From positions 6,904 to 70,903 of the forward strand of contig JAFCZJ010000002.1 of assembly GCA_019314375.1 (NCBI GenBank): 64,000 nt of DNA, given 5' to 3'. Position 1 is the stretch's first letter; each line of letters starts with the position of its first letter. The translations under genes and the position numbers were made by a program. Below, piece by piece: positions 27,920 to 38,500 of the stretch. This DNA comes from Deltaproteobacteria bacterium. GTDB taxonomy: Bacteria; Myxococcota; B64-G9. Under the pieces are notes generated by a model. It was not told the DNA's origin and did no database searches. It saw nothing but the letters and a program-made list of their open reading frames with translations.

Positions 27920-29626
27920 TCAGTTCAAGCAGTTCGAATCCGGGCTGAAGAGGCAGTCGAAGTCGTCGCAGTCGACGAAATTGTCCCCGTCGTTGTCGAT
28001 GCCATCGTCGCATTCGCCGGTGACTTCGTGGGGACCGCAGACGGTCACGTCTACGTTGAAGAGGCAGCTGTGGTCGTCGCAGTCGATGAAGTTATCTCCG
28101 TCGTTGTCCTCATCGTCGCTGCACAGTTCGTCGGTGGCTTCGGCGTCCCGGCACACGTCGATGTAGATGTTACGGGAGCAACTCCAATCCTCGCAGTCGG
28201 TGCGGCCATTGTTGTCGTTGTCGATGCCGTCCGTGCACAGCGCAGCCGTGATCTCGGGCTCGGGGCGACCGCCGCCGCAGACGTCGGTGTTATCGCAGTC
28301 CCAGTCGTCGCAGTCGGTGAAGTTGTCGTTGTCGTTGTCGATGCCGTCTGAGCACAGGGCCTCGGTATTTTCCGCATCGCCACCACCGCCGCCGCAGACG
28401 TAGGTGTTATAGCAGTCCCAGTCGTCGCAGTCGGTGAAGTTGTCGCCATCGTTGTCCTGGCCGTCTGAGCACAGGGCGTCGGTGTTTTCCACGTCGCCAC
28501 CGCCGCCGCCGCAGACGCTGGTGTTGTCACAGTCCCAGTCGTCGCAGTCGGTGAAGTTGTCGCCGTCGTTGTCCTGGCCGTCTGAGCACAGGGCGTCGGT
28601 GTTTTCCACGTCGCCACCGCCGCCGCCGCAGACGTCGGTGTTGTCGCAATCCCAGTCGTCGCAGTCGGTGAAGTTGTCGCCGTCGTTGTCCTGGCCGTCT
28701 GAGCACAGGGCTTCGGTGTTTTCCACGTCGCCACCGCCGCCGCCGCAGACGCTGGTGTTATCGCAATCCCAGTCGTCGCAGTCGGTGAAGTTGTCGCCGT
28801 CGTTGTCTTGGCCGTCTGAGCACAGGGCGTCGGTGTTTTCCACATCGCCACCGCCGCCGCCGCAGACGTCGGTGTTGTCGCAATCCCAGTCGTCGCAGTC
28901 GGTGAAGTTGTCGCCGTCGTTGTCCTGGCCGTCTGAGCACAGGGCGTCGGTGTTTTCCACGTCGCCACCGCCGCCGCCGCAGACGTCGGTGTTATCGCAA
29001 TCCCAGTCGTCGCAGTCGGTGAAGTTGTCGCCGTCGTTGTCTTGGCCGTCTGAGCACAGGGCCTCGGTGTTTTCCACGTCGCCACCGCCGCCGCCGCAGA
29101 CGTCGGTGTTGTCGCAGTCCCAGTCGTCGCAGTCGGTGAAGTTGTCGCCGTCGTTGTCCTGGCCGTCTGAGCACAGGGCTTCGGTGTTTTCCACGTCGCC
29201 ACCGCCGCCGCAGACGCTGGTGTCATCGCAGTCATAGTCGTCGCAGTCGGTGAAGTTGTCGCTGTCGTTGTCCTGGCCGTCTGAGCACAGGGCGTCGGTG
29301 TTTTCCACGTCGCCACCGCCGCCGCAGACGCTGGTGTTGGCGCAATCACTGTCGCCGCAGTCGATGGCGTTGTCGCCGTCGTTGTCCTGGCCGTCTGAGC
29401 ACAGGGCGTCGGTGTTTTCTACGTCGCCACCGCCGCCGCAGACGCTGGTGTTGGCACAATCACTGTCGTCGCAGTCAAACTGTCCGTCGCCGTCGTTGTC
29501 CAGCTGATCCGAACAGCGCGTGTCGGTATTTTCGGGAGTAGGCGTGGATTGAATCTGGCCGCAACCCGCGGAACCGAGAACGAGAAGTCCAGCCAGGATG
29601 GAGATGAGGATAAATTGAGTTTTCAT
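27920..29626 (-). CDS. Asp/Cys-rich tandem-repeat lipoprotein (14 repeats), probable Ca2+/metal binding
   Basis: Lipobox SAGC; 14 units like ENTDALCSDGQDNDGDNFTDCDDWDCDNTSVCGGGGGDV, 114-117 bp DNA period. Confidence 0.85.
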   Translation of the reverse strand: MKTQFILISILAGLLVLGSAGCGQIQSTPTPENTDTRCSDQLDNDGDGQFDCDDSDCANTSVCGGGGDVENTDALCSDGQDNDGDNAIDCGDSDCANTSVCGGGGDVENTDALCSDGQDNDSDNFTDCDDYDCDDTSVCGGGGDVENTEALCSDGQDNDGDNFTDCDDWDCDNTDVCGGGGGDVENTEALCSDGQDNDGDNFTDCDDWDCDNTDVCGGGGGDVENTDALCSDGQDNDGDNFTDCDDWDCDNTDVCGGGGGDVENTDALCSDGQDNDGDNFTDCDDWDCDNTSVCGGGGGDVENTEALCSDGQDNDGDNFTDCDDWDCDNTDVCGGGGGDVENTDALCSDGQDNDGDNFTDCDDWDCDNTSVCGGGGGDVENTDALCSDGQDNDGDNFTDCDDWDCYNTYVCGGGGGDAENTEALCSDGIDNDNDNFTDCDDWDCDNTDVCGGGRPEPEITAALCTDGIDNDNNGRTDCEDWSCSRNIYIDVCRDAEATDELCSDDEDNDGDNFIDCDDHSCLFNVDVTVCGPHEVTGECDDGIDNDGDNFVDCDDFDCLFSPDSNCLN

Positions 29627-29815
29627 GGATGCCTCTTCTGGTTTGAGGGAAACACCGGATATTTCCTAGTTTTGCACGAGAACAGGGCGTTTTCAATAAG
29701 GTCCAGGCGCCTCTAACCTCGAATTCCTTTGGAATTCGACATAAGAAGCTCTACTGGAGCATTGATTGCTTTCCTTCTTGAGTCATCGGTATTGGTCGTC
29801 CCGACGCTAGAGCTT

Positions 29816-32293
29816 CTAAGGTTCGAAGGTCCCATTTTGGATCATGGCGTAAATCACATCGCCCGGACAGCTCGTCGCCTTGAGATCCCGGTGACCATTG
29901 ACCTCCAGGAAGTCGCTGTTTCCGGCGGCCGCGGCGGTGGCGCGAATCTTGGCCACCAGGTTGCGAACACCGGCGATCTGATCCTCGGTCGGAACGGACC
30001 AGGTGTTGGGCAGCGCGAGCATGATGGAGTAACTCGGGACGTTGACCGCCTGATTGCCATTGGCGGCACAGCGATAGTCAAATCCCCGGATCTCCCACTC
30101 ATCGCCGTCCATGCTCACCGCGCTGTTGTACCCCAGGGAGTAGCCCCGGTTGATGACGTAGTCCAGTTGAGAGTTTCTCAGAAGCTGTGGAATGTCCGAG
30201 ACATTGACCCCGTCGGCGCCGATGTAGTGAAGCGTGATGTAGCGTAAAGCGTTGATGTCCATCCAGGCGGTGGAAGACACCGGATAGGCCGGGTCCTGCC
30301 ACTCGGTCCGGTCGTGGTAGGGATAGCTCGGTGCCGCAATGCAAGCGTCCTGCTGACAGAGATAGCCACAGGCCGTGACCGCGTGTCCGTAGTCGCAGGT
30401 CCCTCTGAGACAGCTCCCTGATGGGGCATAGCTGATCAGGTCGACCATCCCACTGCAGCCGATGAAGGGCGGGTTCACGCAGCTTTGCGCCGAGCAGCAA
30501 GAGTCCATCCCGGGCCAATAGCCCTGCACATCCACCAAAAGCCGGGTGGCACCAAGCTGATAGAAACAGACCTCGCCGTTGTCGCCGATTTTCGAGATCA
30601 CGCCATTGGTGGTGCTTTTCCCGATGGGATGGTTCAGGTTGGAGCTCACCGGCCGCTGGGCGCCCTTGGGGAACACGGTGATGAAGCCCTGCTCGGAGGG
30701 ATTGACGGCGGTGAGCGTGAAGGCGACGGCCTGGGCATCGGAAGGGATGCCGTTGACCCCGGCCAGCTGAACACAGTTGGTGCTGTCTGCTGCGTAGGTC
30801 TCATCCAGCTTGCGGTAGGGAGTCACAGTCCGATAGGCCGCGTTCGATTCGAAGAAGCCGGTGACATCCACGATGAAATGGGTTTGGGCTGTCGTTTGGA
30901 TGCAGATTTTTTGGTCCGCGCCGATCTGGACGATGCTTCCGTTGGCCGTGGCCTGGCTCGCCCCGAAGCTGAGGGAACGGGTCGGGGGAGCAGCAGCGCC
31001 GCTGGCGAAAGCGCTCATGGAACCGTCCGCCTCGGGCAAGACGGAGGTCATCACCAAAGAGACTGCCTTGGCGTCCGCCGGAACGCCGTTGATGCCGGCG
31101 ACGGTCAGGCAGGTGGTGGAGTTGGCGGCGGGCTTGGTTCCAGCCCTGGTGTCCACCAGTCGATAGGGCGTCTGCGCATGAAAGGCCTCGGGCTCGACGG
31201 TGTAGCCGAAGACATCGATGATGAGGTGCGTGGGCGAGAGGGTATAGACCGTAATCTTCTTGTCGGTCCCCACCTTGACGAAGAAGGTGTTCCCCGTGAC
31301 TTGATCGGCGGCGTAGTTCAGCACCGAGGCGTCCGGCGTGGATGCGCCGCTGTTATAAGCCGTGATGAAACCGTTTGCTTCCGGGGCGACCACCGTGAAT
31401 CTCACCACCACGGACTGGGCATTGTCCGGGATGCCGTCCCGACCGGCCATCTCGAAGGAATTCAGGCTCCCGGCCTGAAGCTTCTCTCCGCTCCGGGTGT
31501 CAAGCCTGCGAAAGGAGGTCGTGGGCGACAACTGGTAGTCGCAGACGCTGGTGCAGCTGCAGGTGCTCACATCGCAGAAGCCGTTGGGATCGGCGCAGGT
31601 GTCCGGACAGGCCTCCCCGCAGCCGTCATCTCCACAGCAGCGTTCGGCACAATTGGGCACGCATTCCTCGTAGCAAGCACCGTTGTCGTCACAGATCTGC
31701 GTGCCGGGGCATTCGCCACAGTCTGCTAAGCTGGAGCAGCCGTCCGGCCAGGCGCCGCATTCCTTGTCCAAAGACGCGCAGCTTTGTGGCGTGCAGGCTC
31801 CTGTGCATTCGCAAGAGTCCTCTTCGCAGACTTGCCCGGTGTCGGCGCACAGGTCTAGACAGACCCCGCCACAGCCGTCGGCACCGCAGCAGCGTCCGGC
31901 ACAATCGGGCACGCATTCCGCATGGCAGGCACCGTTGGCGTCACAACTCTGCCCCCCGGGACACTCGCCGCATTCTGCTAAGCTGGAGCAGCCGTCCGAC
32001 CAGTTTCCACACTCCTTGCCCAGATCCGCGCAGGTCCTCGGGATGCATGTGCCGGTGCAGGCGCAGGACTCCTCGTCACATACCTGCCCGGTGTTGGCGC
32101 ACAGGTCCGGACAGACCCCACTGCAATCGTCCGTTCCGCAACAGAGCCCGCTGCAGTCCGGTTCACAGAATTCGTTAGTGGCATCCTCGCCGCAGGCCTG
32201 CATGAGGCCGGCCAGTCCGACGAGCAGCGGCAGGAGGAACAGGCCGAGGAGCCGGAGAGACCTGGGCGCGCTTCTTCGGATTTGCGTTTTCAT
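29816..32293 (-). CDS. Lipoprotein with C-terminal N-acetylmuramoyl-L-alanine amidase (Amidase_2/PGRP-like)
   Basis: Signal ending MQAC; Cys-rich repeats; three RxxDT...G+PxxAx.V repeats; catalytic motifs ITLHY, LGYN, GHRD, TSCPG. Confidence 0.82.
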   Translation of the reverse strand: MKTQIRRSAPRSLRLLGLFLLPLLVGLAGLMQACGEDATNEFCEPDCSGLCCGTDDCSGVCPDLCANTGQVCDEESCACTGTCIPRTCADLGKECGNWSDGCSSLAECGECPGGQSCDANGACHAECVPDCAGRCCGADGCGGVCLDLCADTGQVCEEDSCECTGACTPQSCASLDKECGAWPDGCSSLADCGECPGTQICDDNGACYEECVPNCAERCCGDDGCGEACPDTCADPNGFCDVSTCSCTSVCDYQLSPTTSFRRLDTRSGEKLQAGSLNSFEMAGRDGIPDNAQSVVVRFTVVAPEANGFITAYNSGASTPDASVLNYAADQVTGNTFFVKVGTDKKITVYTLSPTHLIIDVFGYTVEPEAFHAQTPYRLVDTRAGTKPAANSTTCLTVAGINGVPADAKAVSLVMTSVLPEADGSMSAFASGAAAPPTRSLSFGASQATANGSIVQIGADQKICIQTTAQTHFIVDVTGFFESNAAYRTVTPYRKLDETYAADSTNCVQLAGVNGIPSDAQAVAFTLTAVNPSEQGFITVFPKGAQRPVSSNLNHPIGKSTTNGVISKIGDNGEVCFYQLGATRLLVDVQGYWPGMDSCCSAQSCVNPPFIGCSGMVDLISYAPSGSCLRGTCDYGHAVTACGYLCQQDACIAAPSYPYHDRTEWQDPAYPVSSTAWMDINALRYITLHYIGADGVNVSDIPQLLRNSQLDYVINRGYSLGYNSAVSMDGDEWEIRGFDYRCAANGNQAVNVPSYSIMLALPNTWSVPTEDQIAGVRNLVAKIRATAAAAGNSDFLEVNGHRDLKATSCPGDVIYAMIQNGTFEP

Positions 32294-32488
32294 CAAGACC
32301 GCCCCTTTGAGAGAGGTTTCTGCGGAATCCCATGGCTAAGAGGATAGCGCCCGGACTTGGATTTTCGCAAGTGCTGGAGAAATCACATTTGGGTCAAGGT
32401 GGGTGGTTTGTTTGACCCAGGGGTCCGAAACGACCCACCCCGGGGTCCCCAAAAACGACCGAAACGTTGGGTTTTTGGTGCGGGGTTT

Positions 32489-32505
32489 TTGGCACCCCCT
32501 TTGCT
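32489..32505 (+). promoter_or_regulatory. sigma54 (-24/-12) promoter
   Basis: TTGGCACCCCCTTTGCT: GG-N10-GC, about 50 nt upstream of ATG32557 (AGGAGG RBS). Confidence 0.72.
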
Positions 32506-32556
32506 TACCCATGACCTGTCGAGATCAAACCAAGGCCATCTATCCAGGAGGATGTC

Positions 32557-35500
32557 ATGCCAGCGCGAAGAAAATTAAGAGAAGATGGAAAAGCGTTTGC
32601 TGTTGTAATTTTGTTGGTTTTCTCCGCCATTACATTATTTTTCGGATCTTGCCAGTCGGAAGACTCGGTTGATCTGGAGAGCATGAGCCAAGCAATCCTG
32701 GGCGACAACGACGATGATGGCATTCTCGACGAGTTCGACCTGGACGACGACAACGACGGCATCCTCGATAGCGTGGAATGCCCCAGCCAGACCCTGGCGG
32801 GCTCCGACTTTTGGGTGACCTTCAATCCAAACTACGACACGACGGGGGCTTTTGAGCTTTACGTGGCGGGTGACGAGGGGACAGAGGTGACGGTGGACGG
32901 AGGAGCCCCGGTGGCCATCGACGCCACTGGTTTTCTTCAATTGACATATACCCCTTACGAATTGAGCGACGGCGTAAACAGCGGCAGAGCCATGCGTGTG
33001 AGCAGCAACGGGCCCATTCAACTCTTTGCCAACAACTATAGGGAATACACGGTGGATGCTTTCACCGTGCTGCCCGACGGTCTCCTCGGTACCGAATACT
33101 ATGCGGTGGGATATACTCCGACCGTCGGCAATCAGATTTCGGTCACCGCTACCGAGGACAACACCTCGGTTACGATTGGATCGGACGCTGCGGTCCTTTT
33201 AGACGCAGGGCAAACGCTTTTCAGAGCCCCGGCCGGCGACGTGACGGGCACCCACATCGTGGCCGACAAGCCCGTTTCCGTCAACACGGGGGATAAGTGC
33301 CTGAACACCGGCGCTGGCGCTTGCGATCACGTCGAGGAGCAACTCTTCCCGGTGGCGGCCTGGGCGAGCGAGTACTATGTGCCGGACATTCCCCAGAATC
33401 AGCAGTTTAGGGTGATCGCGGCTACGGACGGCACGATAGTTAACGTCAACGGCAGCGTGGCGGCCACCCTCAATGCGGGACAATACTATTCTTCCAGCAT
33501 CGCGCCGGCCTACGTGGTTACCAGCGAACCCACAGAGGTTTACATCATCGCCATGGGAGAAAGCTCGACTGGCGATCCAGCCTTCATTCTCCTGCCCGGT
33601 GCCTCTAACGGTGTCGGCAACGCCACTTTCGGTGCCCTGAAGTCGGACAATGTCAACACGGTCATTGTCGTGATCCCAACAGCGGCAACGGGCACGCTCT
33701 TGCTGGACGGCGCTCCCGTCACGCAGACCTTCGTGCCCATTCCGGGCACCACGGTCTCCTATGTGCAAATTCCGGTGGCGTACGGCACCCACACGCTCGT
33801 GGCCGATCAGGCTTTCATCCCCATCTCCTGGGGGGAGAAGAGTGCTGAGTCCTACGGTTACGTGGCGGGATACGGCTTCCCGTCTGAGCCGGGCACCTGC
33901 GGCACGGACACGGATGGCGACGGCATCCCCGATTCCTTTGATCTCGACAGTGACGGCGACGGCATCTGCGATGTGGTCGAGGCCGGCGGCGTGGATGACA
34001 ACGGCGACTGCATCGCCGACGGTCCCATCGACGGCGACGGCGTGCCCGACTCGGCGGGCGGAGGCACCGAGCCGCCGGACTCCGACGGCGACGGCACGCC
34101 CGACAATCAGGACACGGACTCGGACAATGACGGGGTGAACGACGATCTCGACTCGGCGGTCTTGGACCCCTTCGTCTGTCGGGATGTGGATGCGGATTCC
34201 TGCGACGATTGTTCGGTGACCGGGGCGGATGAGTCGGGTGGTGACGTGGCCAACGACGGCACGGACACCGACGGCGACGGCGTCTGCAACGACAGCGACA
34301 CCGATGACGACGGCGACGGCATCTTAGACGGCGTGGATAACTGTCCATTGACCCCCAATGCAGGCCAGGAAGACTTCGACAACGACGGGGAAGGGGACGC
34401 CTGCGACGTGGACGCGGACAACGACGGTTCGCCGGACGTGGACGACTCGGACGACGCCAACCCCAACGTGTGCTCCGACACCGATGGCGACAGCTGCGAG
34501 GACTGTATTTCGGGTCATTACGATCCGGCCAACGACGGCGCGGACTTGGACGGCGACGGCCTGTGTGACGCAGGTGACCCGGACGATGACGGCGACGGCG
34601 TGGACGACGGCAGCGACAATTGCCCCACGGTCGCCAATGCTGGCCAGGAAAACTTCGACGGGGACTCCATGGGCGACGCATGTGACCCGGACGACGACAA
34701 CGACGGTTCCCTGGATGGCGACGATTCCGACGACGCCAATGCCAATGTCTGCTCCGACACTGACGGTGACGGCTGCGAAGACTGCACTTCCGGTAGTTAC
34801 GATCCGACCGCAGATGGCGCGGACTTAGATGGTGACGGGCTCTGTGACGCAGGTGACCCGGATGACGACGGCGACGGCGTGGTCGATGGCAGCGACAACT
34901 GCCCCATGATCGCCAATGCCGGTCAGGAAAACTTCGACGGCGACACCGAAGGCGACGCCTGTGATGCCGATGACGACAACGACGGTTCCCTGGATGTCGA
35001 CGATTCGGACGATTTCAACGCCAATGTTTGCTCCGACAGCGACGGCGACACTTGCGATGACTGCTCCTCGGGAAGCTACGATCCTTCCAGTGACGGACCC
35101 GACAGCGACGGCGACGGCCTGTGTGACGTTGGCGATCCCGACGACGACGGCGACGGTGTGGATGACGGCAGCGACAACTGCCCCATGATCGCCAACGCCG
35201 GTCAGGAAAACTTCGATGGTGACGGCGCCGGCGATGCCTGCGATGCCGATGACGACAACGACGGCGCGCTGGATGGGGTGGATTCCGATGATTTCAACGC
35301 CAATGTTTGTTCCGACACCGATAGTGACGGCTGCGAAGACTGCTCCTCGGGCAGTTACGATCCTGCCAATGACGGCCTGGATTCAGACGGCGACGGACTG
35401 TGCGATGCCGGTGATAGCGATGATGACGGCGACGGCGTGGATGATGGGGTCGATAACTGCCCCATGATCGCCAACCCCGGACAAGAGAACTTCGACGGTG

Positions 35501-38500
35501 ACAGCCAGGGCGACGCCTGTGATGCCGATGACGACAACGACGGATCGTTGGATGGCGACGACTCGGACGATTTCAACGCCAATGTCTGCTCCGACACCGA
35601 CGGCGACTCCTGTGATGATTGCTCATCGGGCAGCTATGATCCCTCTTCTGATGGAGATGATCTGGATGGCGACGGCCTGTGCGATGCCGGCGACACGGAC
35701 GACGATGGCGACGGTGTTGCAGATGGCAGCGACAATTGCCCCATGGTGGCCAATGCGGGCCAGGAGAACTTCGACGGGGACTCCATGGGCGATGCCTGTG
35801 ACCCGGACGACGACAACGACGGTTCCTTGGATGGTGACGATTCCGACGACGCCAATGCCAATGTCTGCTCCGACACGGACGGCGACGGCTGCGAAGACTG
35901 TTCTTCCGGCAGCTATGACCCGGCCGACGACGGCGCGGACTTGGACGGTGACGGCCTGTGTGACTCGGGCGACGCCGACGACGACGGCGACGGCGTGGAC
36001 GACGGAAGCGACAACTGCCCCGTAATCGCCAATGCGGATCAGGCCAACTTCGACGGGGACTCCATGGGCGACGCCTGTGACCCGGATGACGACAACGACG
36101 GCTCGTTGGATGGAGATGACTCCAACGACAACAACCCCAATGTATGCTCCGACAGCGACGGCGACAGTTGTGATGACTGCTTATCGGGAAGCTATGACCC
36201 ATCTTCCGATGGTGATGATCTGGATGGTGACGGTCTGTGCGATACAGGTGACACGGATGATGATGGCGACGGTGTTGCAGATGGCAGCGACAACTGCCCG
36301 ATGATCGCCAACGCCGGCCAGGAAAATTTCGACGGGGACTCACAGGGCGATGCTTGTGACGCAGACGACGACAACGACGGCGCGCTGGATGGGGACGACT
36401 CGGACGATTTCAACGCCAATGTCTGTTCCGACCATGACGGCGACTCCTGCGATGATTGCTCTTCGGGCAGCTATGACCCGTCTTCCGATGGCGCGGACTT
36501 GGACGGTGACGGCCTGTGTGACGCGGGTGACACCGACGATGATGGCGACGGCGTGGACGACGGAAGCGACAATTGCCCCACGGTCGCCAATGCCGGCCAG
36601 AGCAACTTCGACGGCGACAGCCAGGGCGACGCCTGTGACCCGGATGACGACAATGACAGCGCGTTGGATGGGGACGACTCGGATGACTTCAATCCCAATG
36701 TTTGCTCCGACAGCGACGGCGACACTTGCGATGACTGCTCCTCGGGCAGCTACGACCCTGCCTCAGATGGCGTGGACTTCGACGGCGACGGCCTGTGCGA
36801 TGCCGGTGACCCGGACGACGACGGCGACGGCGTGGACGACGGCAGCGACAACTGCCCCATGATCGCCAACGCCGGCCAGGAGAACTTCGACGGTGACAGC
36901 CAGGGCGACGCCTGTGATGCCGATGATGACGACGACGGTGCGCTGGATGGTGACGACTCGGATGATTTCAATGCCAATGTCTGTTCCGACACCGATGGGG
37001 ATACCTGCGACGACTGCTCCTCCGGCACCTACGATCCGGCGGATGATGGCGTGGACTCAGACGGAGACGGCGCATGTGACGCGGGTGACGATGATACCGA
37101 TGGTGACGGTGTGGAAAACGCCGGCGATAACTGCCCCACGGTGGCCAACGCCGGCCAGGAGAACTTCGACGGGGACACCGAAGGCGACGCCTGCGACGCA
37201 GACGACGACAACGATGGGTCCTTGGATGTGGATGATTCGGATGCCTTCAATCCCATGGTTTGCTCCGACACGGATGGCGACGGCTGCGAAGACTGTTTTT
37301 CCGGAAGCTATGATCCGGCCGACGACGGCGCGGACTTGGACGGTGACGGCTTGTGTGACTCGGGCGACGCCGACGACGACGGCGACGGCGTGGACGACGG
37401 AAGCGATAACTGCCCCGTAATCGCCAACGCTGGCCAGGAGAACTTTGACGGCGACAGCCAAGGCGACGCTTGTGACGCAGACGACGACAACGATGGCGCG
37501 CTGGATGGAGATGACTCCGACGACAACAATCCCAATGTTTGCTCCGACACCGACGATGACGGTTGTGATGACTGCTCTTCTGGCAGCTACGATCCGTCTG
37601 CTGACGGCGTGGATTTCGACAGCGACGGGCTGTGCGATGCCGGTGACGCGGACGACGACGGCGACGGTGTGGACGACGGAAGTGACAACTGCCCGATGAT
37701 CGCCAACGCCGGCCAGGAGAACTTCGACGGGGACTCACAGGGCGACGCTTGTGACGCAGACGACGACAACGACGGCGCGTTGGATGAGGACGACTCGGAC
37801 GATTTCAACGCCAATGTCTGTTCCGACACGGACGGCGACTCCTGCGATGACTGCTCTTCGGGAATCTACGATCCGGCCGACGACGGCCTGGATACCGATG
37901 GCGACGGGGCCTGCGACGCAGGCGATGGTGACGACGACGAAGATGGTGTGGATGATGCAGAGGATAATTGTCCCTTGGTGGCCAATGCCGGCCAGGAGAA
38001 CTTCGACGGGGACGAAGAAGGCGACGCCTGCGACGCCGACGACGACAATGATGGGTCCTTGGATGTGGACGACTCGGACGATGCCAATCCCAATGTCTGC
38101 TCGGATACCGATGAAGATACCTGCGATGATTGCAGCTCGGGCATCTATGACCCGGCGGAAGACGGTCTGGACTTGGACGGTGACGGAGTCTGTGATGCAG
38201 GTGACGCCGACGACGACGATGACGGCGTGGACGATGACAGCGACAACTGCCCGGAGCTGGCCAACCCCGGACAAGAGAACTTTGACGGTGACAGCCAAGG
38301 CGACGCCTGCGACCCGGATGACGACAACGACGGCGCGCTGGATGGGGATGACTCCGACGATCTCAATCCCAATGTCTGTTCCGATACCGATGGGGATACC
38401 TGCGATGACTGCTCCTCGGGCATCTACGATCCTGCCTTAGACGGTGTAGACACCGATGGCGACGGCATCTGTGATGCCGGCAGCCAGGACGACGACGGTG

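Noticed and set aside
27920..29626. 117-bp repeats as CRISPR, and alternative-frame Thr-rich or Ser-rich ORFs
   Set aside because: Repeats are in-frame coding units of one lipoprotein; the other ORFs are shadows of it
29711..29830. Integron attC site (CTCTAAC followed by inverted repeats)
   Set aside because: No matching GTTRRRY core at a suitable distance and no integron integrase in the window
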